Assembly: GCF_018350175.1 (NCBI RefSeq)
Contig: NC_058373.1
Coordinates: 107,076,001-107,140,000, forward strand
Source of the DNA: Felis catus
Taxonomy: Eukaryota
Direction: 5' to 3'
DNA: 64,000 nt
The first letter of the stretch is position 1. Each line of letters starts with the position of its first letter. A model generated the notes under the pieces. That model was given only the letters and a program-made list of their open reading frames with translations. It made no database searches and was not told where the DNA came from. Below, one piece after another: positions 50,260 to 63,844 of this stretch. The position numbers and the translations under genes were made by a program.

Positions 50260-52240
50260 CCTCCTATACTCTTCTTGTCTTGTTACACTGACTTGGACCT
50301 GCAATGCAATATTGAATACAAGTGTTAGTGACGTGCATATTTCTCTCATTTCTGATTTTAAAGGGACTATTTCTAATGTCCCCCTATTTAGGATGATGTT
50401 TGTGCTAGGCATTTGGTAAATATTTTTATGAGAATAAAGAGCCTCCCTTCCATTTCTATTATGAAGTATTTATTTTTTATTATGAATGATTTTTCTGCAA
50501 CCTTTGAAATAAATGCATAAATTTCCCACATTTATTAAAGCATCCTTGCAAATCTGGGATAAATCCAACTTCATTATAGTGTATTATCTTTTTAATATAT
50601 TTTTTCAATTTGTGAATGTTTTAAGATTATTGTATTGATATTCGTTAGTGAAATGGGCCTGTAGTTTTTCTTTCTCATAATACGTTTCCTGGTTTTATTT
50701 TGTTTGTTATACTGGCCTTGTTAGAACAGATTGGGTAATATTCTCTATTTTTCTATTGTCTCAAATAATTTTCATATTTTATCTGTTTTTTAAAAATTTA
50801 ACAAAACTTTTCCATAAAAATATCAGTGCTTTCTCTATGGGAAGATTTTAACTATTGTTTCAATTACTTCAATTACTGTAATAGTCTAAGACTATTCAAA
50901 CCTTTTATTTCTTCTGTTAAACTTTTTTTCCTGGGGTTTTGTCCTCACCTCTATTTACAAAATTGTTGGCATAGAGTTGTTAGTAGTGTTTTCTTGTTTG
51001 TTAATCTCTACTTTGTCTTTATTATGTTCCCCTTTCACTTATAAAATTGTATTTTCTCCCTTTTGCTCTTGATAAATCTTGTCAGCAGTTTGTTTGTGTT
51101 GTTAGTTGTTTTGAAAAATCAACTTTGGCTTTGTTGGCCTATATTGAATCTTTCATTTCTATTTCATTTCTATTGTATTTTCATTTATGTATATATATTT
51201 ATTCTTTTACCAATATCTTAAAATTGATACTTGTCTCATTAATTTGTAGGCTTTGCTAACTTGCCTAGAAGCACAATTTTTCTTGCATCCCACAGGTTTT
51301 CTATGTAGTAGTTATTATTTGCTCCCAGGTATTCTTTAAATTTCTACTTTAAAAAATGAGTTATTTAGTAAAATATTTTATAGATTTTAAAATATTCAGG
51401 AACTTAAATTTTTTTATGTTTTTGTAATTAATTTCTCGTTTAATTGCATTGTGTTGAAAGATTATTGTATATATGATAATTAGTCTTTGAAACTTATTGA
51501 AGCTTTCTTTTTTTATTTTTTTAAATGTTTTATTTATTTTGAGAGAGAATGCAGGGACACAGGTGTGAGTTGGGGAGGGACAGAAAGAGGGAAAAAGAGA
51601 ATTCCAAGTGCTGACAGTGGGGAGCCCACTTCCAGGCTCAATTCCACCAACTGTGAGATCATGACCTGAGCCAAAATCAAGAGTCAGAGTCCCAACCAAC
51701 TGAGCCACCCAGGTGCCCCTATTGAGGCTTTCTTAATGACCTAGTACATAATAATTTTTGAAAATATTGCCAAAGTAATTGATAAAATAGGTATTCTCTT
51801 ATTGTTGGATACAGACCTCTACATCTGTACATTATGTTAAGCATATTAGTTGTGCTGCCACTTTTTCTGTATCTTTGCTGCTTTTTGTCTGCTTGTTCTA
51901 ACAACACTAAGCACAATTGCTTGAAATCCCCCCAAGAATGATAGATTTGTGCATCCATTTCTTCCTGTGCATTTGTTTCATGTATATTGAGCCTAGTTTA
52001 TTCAGTGCATATATGTATAAAATCATTATTCACTAGGCTGTCACCCTCTCCATCTCTAAAAATATTTTTTGTCTTAAAGTCCATTCTACCTGATAATAAT
52101 ATAGCCACACTAGTTTTCTTGTGGCTTTTGCCCAATATGTTTTTCCATCCTTTTGCTTTGTGTGTCTTTATTTTAAATGTGTCTCTTATAAACAATATAT
52201 CCGTATTTCTTTGACATAGCAAGTGATTCAAATGGCAGTA
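50260..52240 (-). mobile_element. Ancient L1M ORF2 remnant (RT to endonuclease region)
   Basis: The minus-strand ORF 51998-52231 has KGWKNILGKSHKKTSVAILLSGRMDFKTK, matching L1 endonuclease GWKKIYQAN..KKAGVAILxSDKxDFK. The + strand is T-rich. Confidence 0.75.
51509..51719 (-). mobile_element. Can-SINE
   Basis: TSD ttattga(a/g)gctttctt. Confidence 0.93.
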
Positions 52241-52245
52241 TTCTT

Positions 52246-52392
52246 GGGGTGCCTCAGTGGCTCAGTCGGATGAACCTCTGACTTCGGCTCAGGTGATGAT
52301 CTCCTGTTTAGTGAGTTAGAGTCCCGTGTCGGGCTCTGTGCTGACAGCTCAGAGCTTGAAGCCTCTTTGGTTTCTGTCTCCCTCTCTCACTG

Positions 52393-52443
<51 letters not shown>

Positions 52444-52481
52444 AATAAATAAACATTACAAAAAAATTTTAAACAAAAAAC
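52246..52481 (+). mobile_element. Can-SINE
   Basis: TSD aaatg(g/c)cagtattctt. Confidence 0.93.
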
Positions 52482-52631
52482 AAATGCCAGTATTCTTTTG
52501 TTTTTTCCCTTTTCTTTTCTTTTTCAGCTTTATTGAGGCATAATTGACAAAGTAAATTTGAAGTGTACAACATTTGATATATGTATATATTGTGAAAGGA
52601 TTTTCACCATCAAATTAATTAGCGTATCCAT

Positions 52632-54082
52632 TAGAAATATTTGCAAATCATATATCTCCTAAGGAGTTAATATCCAAAATATATAAAGAATTCATACAAC
52701 TCAATAGCAAAACAAAACAAAACAGATAATCCAATTAAAATGAGCAAACAACCTATATAGTTAAGAGTCTGTTTCTTGGTTTGTCTCTCTTTTTTTCTTT
52801 GTTTTGTTTCTTAAATTCTGCATATGAATGAAATCATATGGTATTTATCTTTCTCTGACTGACTTATTTCACTTAGCATAATACACTCTAACTCCATCCA
52901 CATCATTGTAAATGGCAAGATTCCATTCTTTTTATGGCTGAGTAATATTCCATTGTACATATATATACACCACATATTCTTTGTCCATTCATCAGTTGAT
53001 GGACACTTGGGCTATTTCCATAATTTGGCTATTGTAAATAATGCTGCCATAAACATTGGGTGCATGTATCCCTTTGAATTACTGTTTTTGTATATTTTGG
53101 GTAAATACTCAGTAGTACAATTATTAGATCATAGGGTAGTTCTATTTTTAACTTTTTGAGGAGCTTCTTTATTGTTTTCCATAGTACCTGCACTACTAAC
53201 AATTGCATTCCCACCAATAGTATGCTATGGTCCATTTTTCTCCACATCCTTGCAAACACCTGTTGTTTCTTATGTTTTTTATTTTAGCCATTCTGACAGG
53301 TGTGGGGTGATATCTCATTGTAGTTTTGTTTTGCATTTCTCTGATGATCAGTGATGTTGAGAATCTTTTTATGTGTTTGTTGGCCATCCATATGTCTTCT
53401 TTGGAGAAATGTCTGTTCATGTCATCTGCCTGTATTTGGTTTTTGGGTGTTGAGTTTTATAAGTTCTTTATATATTTTCGATACTAACCCTTTATCAGCT
53501 AAGTCATTAGCAAATATCTTTTCCCATTCAACAGGTCATCTTTTAGTTTTATTGGTTGTTTCCTTTGCTGTGCAGAAGGTTTTTATTTTGATGTGGTCCA
53601 AATAGTTCATTTTTGCTTCTGTTTCCCTTGAAAATGTGCAAACAACCTGAATAGACATTTTTCCAAAGAAGATATATGAATGGCTAACAAGTACATGAAA
53701 AATTGCTGCACATCACTATCATAAGGAAAATGTAAATTAAAACCACAATGAGATATCACCTCATGCCTATTTCAACGGCTATCATCAAAAAGACAAGAGA
53801 TAAATGCTGGCGTGGATGTGTAGAAAAGGAAACCTTGTGTTGGTGGGATTATAAATCAGTGCAGCCACTATGGAAAACAGTATGAAGTATCCTCAAAAAA
53901 TTAAAAATAGAACTTCCAAATAACCCAGCAGTGCCACTTCTGGAAATATATCCAAAGGAAACAAAAAACTAACTTGAAAAAAATATCCACCCCTATGTTC
54001 ATAGCAGCATTATTTATAATAGCTATGGCATGGAAACAACCTACGTGTCCATCAATGGGTTAATGGATAAAGAAGTTGTAAT

Positions 54083-54124
<42 letters not shown>

Positions 54125-54568
54125 GAATATTATTCAGCCAGGAAAAATGAGGAAATCCTATAATTTGTGACAATATGGATGGATCTTGAAGGCATTATGC
54201 TAAGTGAAATAAGTCAAACAAAGAAAGACAAATTACTGTATTATTTCATTTATATGTGGAATCTAAAAACAAAGCCCCAAAAACCCCATCAAATTCATAG
54301 AAAAAGAGATCAGATTTGTGGTTACCAGAGATGGAGAACAGAGAGAGGGAATTGGAGGAAGGCATTCAAAAGGTACAAAGATCCTAGGAGTTCTTATCAC
54401 AAGTAGAAAAAATTTTCATTTGTTTTATTGTATCTATATGAGAGAATGGATGTTAACTAACTCTAGTGTGGTAATCATTTCAGAATATATGTCAATAAAA
54501 CCATCATGCGATCTACCTTAAACTTACACAGTGATGTATGTCAATTATTTCTCAATAAAATGAAAAAA
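52632..54568 (+). mobile_element. L1 3' fragment (middle layer of the nest)
   Basis: ORF2 end and 3'UTR ending ctcaataaaatgaaaaaaa. Decayed TSD aattagcgtatccat / atttaacatatccat. Confidence 0.85.
52761..53630 (-). mobile_element. Carnivore L1 fragment lacking its 3' end and polyA (inner layer)
   Basis: Reverse ORF2 C-terminus ([16 protein letters not shown]). Flanked by a 24-bp duplication at 52737-52760 and 53631-53654. Confidence 0.9.
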
Positions 54569-55164
54569 ATTTAACATATCCATCACCTCATATATCTTTT
54601 TCTGTGTGTGTGTGAGAGCACTTAAGTTCTACTTTCTTAGCAAATTTCAATTATTGTCTTAAAGACATTCTGAGCTTTCTTTTATTATCTTTTTGATTTC
54701 TGTGGAATGTGTACTAGATATCTGTTTCATTATTAATACTGTTTATTTATTCATCTTCTCTTTTTCCTCATCATCAGTCCTGCCAAAGATTTTTCTACTG
54801 TGTTAGTCTTTCCAAAGAACCAACTTCTGGCTTTGTTGATCCTCTCTATTTTATCTTTATTTTTTCTGTTTCATTATTGTCTGCTCTTATTTTTCTTTCC
54901 TTCTATTTTCTTTGGGCTTGCTCTGCTGATCTTTTGCTATCTTAAGTTGGATGCTTAGTTTATTAAATTTTCAGCCTTCTCTTCTTGATAATATAAACAT
55001 TCAAAAATAGACATTTCCCTCTGCTTTGGCTATATTTAATTAATTTTGGTTTAGTATTTTCCTTATGGTAGTTCTAGGCATGTATAAATTTCCATTTTGA
55101 CTATACTCTTATTCATAAGTTACTTAGTAAATACTTCTAATTTCTAAATATAAGGAAGTCATAT

Positions 55165-56310
55165 GGGTTTAATTTTAACTTTTCATTGAAGAATAATATG
55201 CATACACAAAGTACATGTTATAAATGCACAGCTCAGTAAATTTTTACAAACTAAATACAGCCATGTCACCAACCCCAAAATCAAGGAACAGAATTTTGTC
55301 AGTATCCTGGAAGCCACCCTTATGCTCCCTTCCCATCGCTACCCCTTCCCCAAGAATAAACGCTATCCTAACTTCTAACAGCATAGATCTGCCTGCTTTT
55401 GTATTTAATGTAAATAAAATCATACAATATGTATGTTGTTTTGTCTTCTTTCATTCAACCTTATATTTGTGAGATCATCCATACTGTTGCATTTAACTGT
55501 AGTTTGTTAATAGTCCTTGCTGCAGAATACCTCATTGTAAGAATGTACCATGATTTTTTTATCCATTCTACAACTGATGGACATTTGAGTAGTTTCTAGT
55601 TTAGGGCTGTTGTGAATAGTGCTGCTGTGAACATTCTAGTACAGTTTTTTTTGTTGTTGTTGAATGTATGTATGTATTTCTTTTTTTATGCTTTAAAAAT
55701 AGACTTTATTTTTAGAGCAGTTTTAGGGTCTAGCAAAATTGTAAGGAAGGTAGAGAAAGGTACCTCATACCCTCCCAACTAGTACAGACTCCCTCCACCA
55801 TCAACCTCCCCTACCAGAGTGGTATATTCATTACAATCAACAAAAGTACGCTGACACATCATTATTGCCCAGAGTCCATTGTTTTCATTAGGATTCACTC
55901 TTGACATTATACATTCAATGGATTTGGACAAATGTATCCACATTTGTGGATATCGACATATGTATCCAATACATTCCATATTCTGTTATTATATACAGAA
56001 TAGTTTCACTACTCTGAAAATCCTATGTGCTCCACCTATTCTTCCCTCCCTGCCCCCTAACTCCTGGCAACCACTGATCTCTTTACTGTCTCCATAGTTT
56101 TGCCTTTTTCAGAATTTCATGTAGTTGGAATCATTACAATCTATAGCATTTTTAGGTTACCTTCTTTCACTTAGTAATGAATGTATGTATGTATTTCTAT
56201 TAGAGGAAAAGAATTGTTGGGCCATAGCTATGTGTATATTCAGCTTTAACTGATGTGGCCAAATAGTTTTTCAAAGTGGTTGGACCAATCTATACCCCTA
56301 CCAACAGGGC
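55165..56310 (-). mobile_element. Old L1 3' region hosting an L1MC insertion
   Basis: atccattctacaactgatggacatttgagtagtttc...tttcaaagtggttggaccaat is reverse L1 3' sequence. Confidence 0.7.
55682..56177 (-). mobile_element. L1MC1/2-type 3' end
   Basis: aatagactttatttttagagcagttttagg.... 21-bp direct repeat tgaatgtatgtatgtatttct at 55661-55681 and 56178-56198. Confidence 0.85.
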
Positions 56311-56457
56311 TGGTTATTTTTTGTACTTGACTTCTAACTGAAGTGCATTATGGTCAGAAAATATGATTGGTAGACTATGGATTCTTTAAAGTTCATTGAG
56401 ATTCCTTGATGTTCAATTTTTCAGAGGCTTCTCAGTGCTTGAGAAATGTGCATTCTG

Positions 56458-58127
<1,670 letters not shown>

Positions 58128-58291
58128 GGGACGCCTGGGTGGTTCAGTCAGTTGAGTGTCTGATTCGGTTTCATCTCAGGTCATGATCTCACGGTTGGTG
58201 AGATTGAGCTCTGTATTGGGTTCTGCACTGACAATGCGGAGCCTGCTTGGGATTCTCCCTCTCCCTTTCTCTCTGCCTCTCTCTCTCTCTG

Positions 58292-58331
<40 letters not shown>

Positions 58332-58360
58332 AATAAAAATCAACTTGAAAAAATAAAATA
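58128..58360 (+). mobile_element. Can-SINE without a matching TSD
   Basis: Head gggacgcctgggtggttcag, CT tract and A tail. The two flanks do not match each other. Confidence 0.92.
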
Positions 58361-58393
58361 GTAACACAAGAGGCATGTACTACTGATATGATT

Positions 58394-58780
58394 TGATGTG
58401 GGGTCCAGGAGCAAATGGTCAAGAAAGAATTCTTGAGATGTTTTTGGTACAAAAAAGATGGTTTTATAAAAGCACAGGGATAGGACCTGTGGGCAGAAAG
58501 AGCTGCACTGGGATTGATTTTGTACTTTTAAGTTGGGAGGGGTAGAAACAAAGCAAATTTCCAAAAGATTTTCATATGTTAAAGAAGACTTACAGGATCC
58601 TAGAGGCCTGGCTATTGTCAAGCTAAGGTTGTTTTCTCCTCTAGCAAAGCATTAACGTTAAGACAGTTGGGAGTTCCTGGAGGAATGACTTACTCTGCCT
58701 GTCTCAAATATTTGTCAATGAGCTGCAAGTTGTAAGGAAATTTAATTTTACATTTCCTTTTGCTTTTGCTCTCCTCATCA
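58394..58780 (-). mobile_element. ERV1-class 3' LTR (387 bp)
   Basis: The minus strand runs TGATGAGGAG...CCCCACATCA with inverted TGATG/CATCA termini. It is directly preceded by the polypurine tract AGGGGGGAA (58781-58789). Confidence 0.85.
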
Positions 58781-59019
58781 TTCCCCCCTGAACAATTTTG
58801 ACCTTTAAATCTTTAAGGTTGCTGAGGGTACACAGTCTTATCTTCTGTAACTTCTTCTTGCTCAATAGGGGCGTAGAGCTGTCCCTATCTAGGGGTCAAC
58901 GTTAGTCTGTTGGGTAACTTACATACAGGAGTTACCAAAAGCAGAGGCAGCCTAATCCAAAGTAGACAACATAAATGAGTCTCTTTGAGTACAAAGGATC
59001 CTCTGTCAACTTGAAGTTA

Positions 59020-59820
59020 TGTCAGTGAGAGTCTCAACACCAGGTAGAAAGACATAGGAAAAGACAACAAAATATGGGGTGCCTGGGTGGCTTAGTCAGT
59101 TAAGCATCCGACTATCAGTTTCAGCTCAGGTCATGATCTTATGGTCTGTGGGCTCGAGTCCCACGTCAGCCCCACGTCAGCCCTGCATGGCAGCATGGAG
59201 CCTGCTTGGGATTCTCTCTCTCTCTCCCTCTCTGCCCCATCCCCATTTGTGCCCTCTCAAAATAAATAAATAAACATTAAAAATTTTTTGAAAAGACAAC
59301 AAAATAATAATCTTTTTATTATTATTAGAAAGAGAAGTCTGAATAAAAGACCTTTGATAGTTGACTAAAATCTTCCTCCAGTCCAGGAATTTAACCAATC
59401 CCTAAAGGAAAGAGAGGGATTTTTTAAAGTGCCAGTTTGATTATTCATGTCTTTTAGTAACCCTGTCACATTTTTGTGGTAATCTGGAGTGTATACATAA
59501 CACTCTGTTTTAATAAAGCATATGTTCCTCCTTGAGCTGCAGTCAGGATATCAAGGGCCATTAGGTTTTAAAGGGCCACCTTTTGAATTTGTAGGTGACT
59601 GCATGTTTGGTTTAGGTAAGGGTGATCACTGTATGCTTGGCTAAAGTCTCTATTTGTAATTTTCATCAATAGAGGCAGCTTCTAGGACAAATATGGTTAA
59701 GGAATAAAACCATCAAGAAGCCTTCTTTGTTTTATGTCTAGCCTTAACAATATCCTAATAACGAGGAATCACTGGCAAGTGGGAGAAAACCAACTGCCAT
59801 CTGCATTATCAATAGGAGAA
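59020..59820 (-). pseudogene. env: Decayed gamma-type retroviral env (TM subunit), interrupted by a Can-SINE
   Basis: Manual minus-strand translation across frameshifts: ARHKTKK|AS*WFYSLTIFV...QIQKVAL*NLMALDILTAAQGGTYAL/IKTECYVYTPDYHKNVTG...FRDWLNSW...GLLFRLLFLIIIKRLLFCCLF. This gives a decayed furin site, fusion peptide, ISD, CX6CC and membrane anchor. Confidence 0.85.
59076..59289 (+). mobile_element. Can-SINE inserted in the env remnant
   Basis: Perfect 17-bp TSD gaaaagacaacaaaata at 59058-59074 and 59290-59306. Confidence 0.95.
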
Positions 59821-60299
59821 TCTTAAATGTTCTATTTTTCTAAGCTTATTTTTCATTGCTTTTACTGTCTCATTTTGAGTTAACTAAGGGTTTTTCCCCT
59901 CTCACGGTGATGAGGAAAGTATAACCTTGATTTCTATACTTTTACTAATCCTTAAAATTTGAACTCACGTATTTGTTAATATCTAAAGGTAATCAGTGTG
60001 TCAGTTTTTCTCTAAACAATCTCAGAACCTTTATAATCATAAGACTAATGTTTATTCAGTGGCTGCTGTTTATTAGGAACTGTTGTGAGCACTTTACTTA
60101 CAAGTCATTTAAGGCCTAAGAGGTTAAGTAATTTGCCTATGGCTACACAGATAATAAATCACGATACTGGAATTCAAACCAGGCAGTCTGGTTCCATAAC
60201 TGTGCTCTTGAAGACTATGCTTTATTTAACCTGGAACTCTTGAATTAAGATTACCTCCTCATATCTTACATGCTACTCCTAGTATTTCTAGTCAGTATT

Positions 60300-61620
60300 T
60301 TTGCTTGGCTCACAATTCTTTATTGTATTTCATACCTTCCTTTGGAGAACATTTTCCTTGATCCTGATGTAATCCTGTTAGATGTGCGTTAGCATCTGTT
60401 GAAGGTAAAAAAAAATCTCAGTTTTTGTCAGACGGTGTATTTACTTAATGGTAGCTTAGCTAAATTGACAGTTTTTTTCTCTCAGCACTCTGAAGATACC
60501 ATTCCATTGTATTCTGGTTTCCATGTCAGAGATGAGAAGTCTGCTCTAAGTGTAATTGTCATACTCTTTGTAAGTAGGTTGTCTTTTTCTCTCTGCTTGC
60601 TTTTGTAAACTTTTTGTCTTTAGTGCTCCACAATTGATCCAAGAAGTATCCAATTGTGAATTACTTATTGAGTAATTGGGATTCATTGTGTACCTGAATC
60701 TGAAAACGTATGTCTTCATATTTCTGGAAAATCATTAGATAGGATCTCTTGAAGAATGTCTCTCCCATTCTTTCTACTCCTGCCCTCTGGGACTCCAACT
60801 GGATGGATATTGGATCTTCTCATCCTATCCTTAGTATTTGATATTTTTACTCCCAAATTAGGTATGGTTATTTAATTAATTGATGTTTTTTCACCATGTT
60901 TCATTCATTTTTTCATATCTTGAAAACTCATTTGCATTTATTTTCTATATGTGCCTGAACATAACCTATTGGTTTGTGGTATTTGTTAATTTTTAAGAGA
61001 TTCTGTATGCTAAGAAAAGATTTGCCATTGTTAGTCTTTGAAAATATATTTTAAAAATTTATCAATTTTTCTTTTGACTTCATGTTATCTTTTATAGTGC
61101 AGCCATTTTTAATCAATATATAGTCAGACCTAACAAGTTTTTACATTATGGATTCTAAATTTCAGATATTGCTTTTAAAATCCTTCTCCATGCCAACTCA
61201 TTAAAAAAAATCTTCCATGCTTTTGTCTCATGCTTTTATGATTTAATTTATATTTTTAAATAGTAGATCCATTTAGAAATTATTTTGGTATAAAGAGTGA
61301 AATTCATCGCAGAGATTATTTTTTCAAATAACCAACCAATTGCCTTAAAGTATTTCATTCATCAAATAAACCATCTTTCAGCCTCCTTATTTGGATTGAT
61401 TTCTGACGCTTGCTTTTGCTCCACTGATCTCTTTACTAGTACCAATGGTGTTAATTAGTATAGTTTTATAATATGTTTTAAATATCTATTGGGGCTAGTT
61501 TCCCCCTGCCATCACTTATTACTCTTATTTAATACTTTAACTAGACTTACATATTATATTTTAACTAGTAACTTTAGAATTTGCCTATCTAGTTAAAAAA
61601 AATCTTAGGTATTAACCACT
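60300..61620 (-). mobile_element. Ancient L1M remnants
   Basis: T-rich decayed reverse L1 (ctcagcactctgaagataccattccattgtattctgg...gatgagaagtctgct; tagatccatttagaaattattttggtataa). Confidence 0.55.
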
Positions 61621-62107
61621 GAATTGAAATCTCTTTCTCTCTTTTGAGATTATAAACTCCATCACTTCAGGGACTGAGTCTGTCTTGTTCACTATTGCCA
61701 GAATCTAACACAAAATGCATAGTAAGTACTCAAAAAATATTTGTTGAATAAACTAATGAATGAGTGGGGCCAAAATCACACTCTCCTGTTTTATAACTCT
61801 CTGAAAATCTCATTAATTCAAGAAGAAAAAAATTTACTCACAGTTAAGCTTCTCTTCTTATTCCTGTTTCCTACTCCCTCACCATGTTGATCCTGGGATA
61901 TTCCTCAGTAAACATCCCTCTGAGTCAGTTTCCCAGGCAACCTGACCTAAGACATAGAGGAATAGATGGCTTGCACACTCTCCAGGCAATACCCCATAAA
62001 CACTATTTTATTCAACAGATACTTGATAAGTGTTAGGCAGCAGAGTTTCAGGTTATATTCCTTAACAAGTACTTGAAGGTCTCTTTTGCTAATAAAAGGT
62101 TTGTCCA

Positions 62108-62322
62108 GGGGCACTGGGTGGTTCAGTTGGTTAAGCTCCCGACTTTGGCTCAGGTCATGATCTCATGGTTAGGGTCTTTGAGCCCCGCCTCTCTGCTGTG
62201 AGCACAGAGCCCACTTCAGATCCTCTGTTCCCCTCGCTCTCTGCCTTTCCCCCACGCTCTCTCTCTCTCTCTCACTCTCTCTCTCTCTCTCTCTCTCTCT
62301 CAAAAATAAACATTAAAAAAAA
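62108..62322 (+). mobile_element. Can-SINE
   Basis: Head ggggcactgggtggttcag, CT tract and A tail. Confidence 0.93.
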
Positions 62323-62354
62323 TCTGCCCATGCACTTAAGAAAACTGGTGGCCC

Positions 62355-63747
62355 ATAGCACAAAAACAGACACATAAGCCAATGGAATAGAATAGAAACC
62401 CCAGAACTAGACCCACAAATGTATGGCCAACTAATCTTTGACAAAGCAGGAAAGAACATCCAATAGAAAAAAGACAGTCTCTTTAACAAATGGTGCTGGG
62501 AGAACTGGACAGCAACATGCAGAAGGTTGAAACTAGACCACTTTCTCACACCATTCACAAAAATAAACTCAAAATGGATAAAGGACCTAAATGTGAGACA
62601 GGAAACCATCAAAACCCTAGAGGAGGAAGCAGGAAAAGACCTCTCTGATCTCAGCTGTAGCAATCTCTTACTCGACACATCCCCAAAGGCAAGGGAATTA
62701 AAAGCAAAAATGAATTACTGGGACCTTATGAAGATAAAAAGCTTCTGCACAGCAAAGGAAACAACCAACAAAACTAAAAGGCAACCAACGGAATGGAAAA
62801 AGATATTCACAAATGACATATCGGACAAAGGGCTAGTATCCAAAATCTATAAAGAGCTCACCAAACTCCACACCCGAAAAACAAATAACCCAGTGAAGAA
62901 ATGGGCAGAAAACATGAATAGACACTTCTCTAAAGAAGACATCTGGATGGCCAACAGGCACATGAAAAGATGCTCAACGTCGCTCTTTATCAGGGAAATA
63001 CAAATCAAAACCACACTCAGATATCACCTCACGCCAGTCAGAGTGGCCAAAATGAACAAATCAGGAGACTACAGATGCTGGAGAGGATGTGGAGAAACGG
63101 GAACCCTCTTGCACTGTTGGTGGGAATGCAAATTGGTGCAGCCGCTCTGGAAAACAGTGTGAAGGTTCCTCAGAAAATTAAAAATAAACCTACCCTATGA
63201 CCCAGCAATAGCACTGCTAGGAATTTACCCAAGGGATACAGGAGTACTGATGCATAGGGGCACTTGTACCCCAATGTTGATAGCAGCACTCTTGACAATA
63301 GCCAAATTATGGAAAGAGCCTAAATGTCCATCAACTGATGAATGGATAAAGAAATTGTGGTTTATATATACAATGGAATACTATTTGTCAATGAGAAAGA
63401 ATGAAATATGGCCTTTTGTAGCAACGTGGATGGAACTGGAGAGTGTGGTGCTAAGTGAAATAAGCCATACAGAGAAAGACAGATACCATACGTTTTCACT
63501 CTTATGTGGATCCTGAGAAACTTAACAGAAACCCATGGGGGAGGGGGAGGGAAAAAAAAAAGAGGTTAGAGTGGGAGAGAGCCAAAGCATAAGAGACTCT
63601 TAAAAACTGAGAACAAACTGAGGGTTGATGGGGGGTGGGAGGGAGGGGAGGGTGGGTGATGGGTATTGAGGAGGGCACCTTTTGGGATGAGCACTGGGTG
63701 TTGTATGGAAACCAATTTGACAATCAATTTCATATATTGAAAAAAAA
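62355..63747 (+). mobile_element. Young 5'-truncated felid L1
   Basis: ORFs 62527-63162 and 63250-63516 are the ORF2 C-terminus. Perfect 17-bp TSD aagaaaactggtggccc at 62338-62354 and 63748-63764, at a TT|AAGA site. Confidence 0.97.
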
Positions 63748-63844
63748 AAGAAAACTGGTGGCCCCAAAAGACTTATTAATTCTAAATAAAATGCATCCCA
63801 ACTATCACCTTTGCACATTTTCTGAACATGTATTCTATAAAATG

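Larger units (their letters stand above)
52500..54655 (-). mobile_element. L1MA-type 3' end fragment (outer host of an L1 nest)
   Basis: Pieces 52525-52631 and 54569-54655 join into a sequence collinear with the L1MA copy at 31410-31600. Confidence 0.75.

Noticed and set aside
59020..59820. Functional syncytin-like captured env
   Set aside because: Multiple stops and frameshifts, lost CX6CC cysteines, a missing SU region and a SINE insertion.
62108..63764. Possible SINE-L1 chimeric retrotranscript
   Set aside because: The L1 has its own perfect TSD starting 3' of the SINE tail, so these are two independent adjacent insertions.
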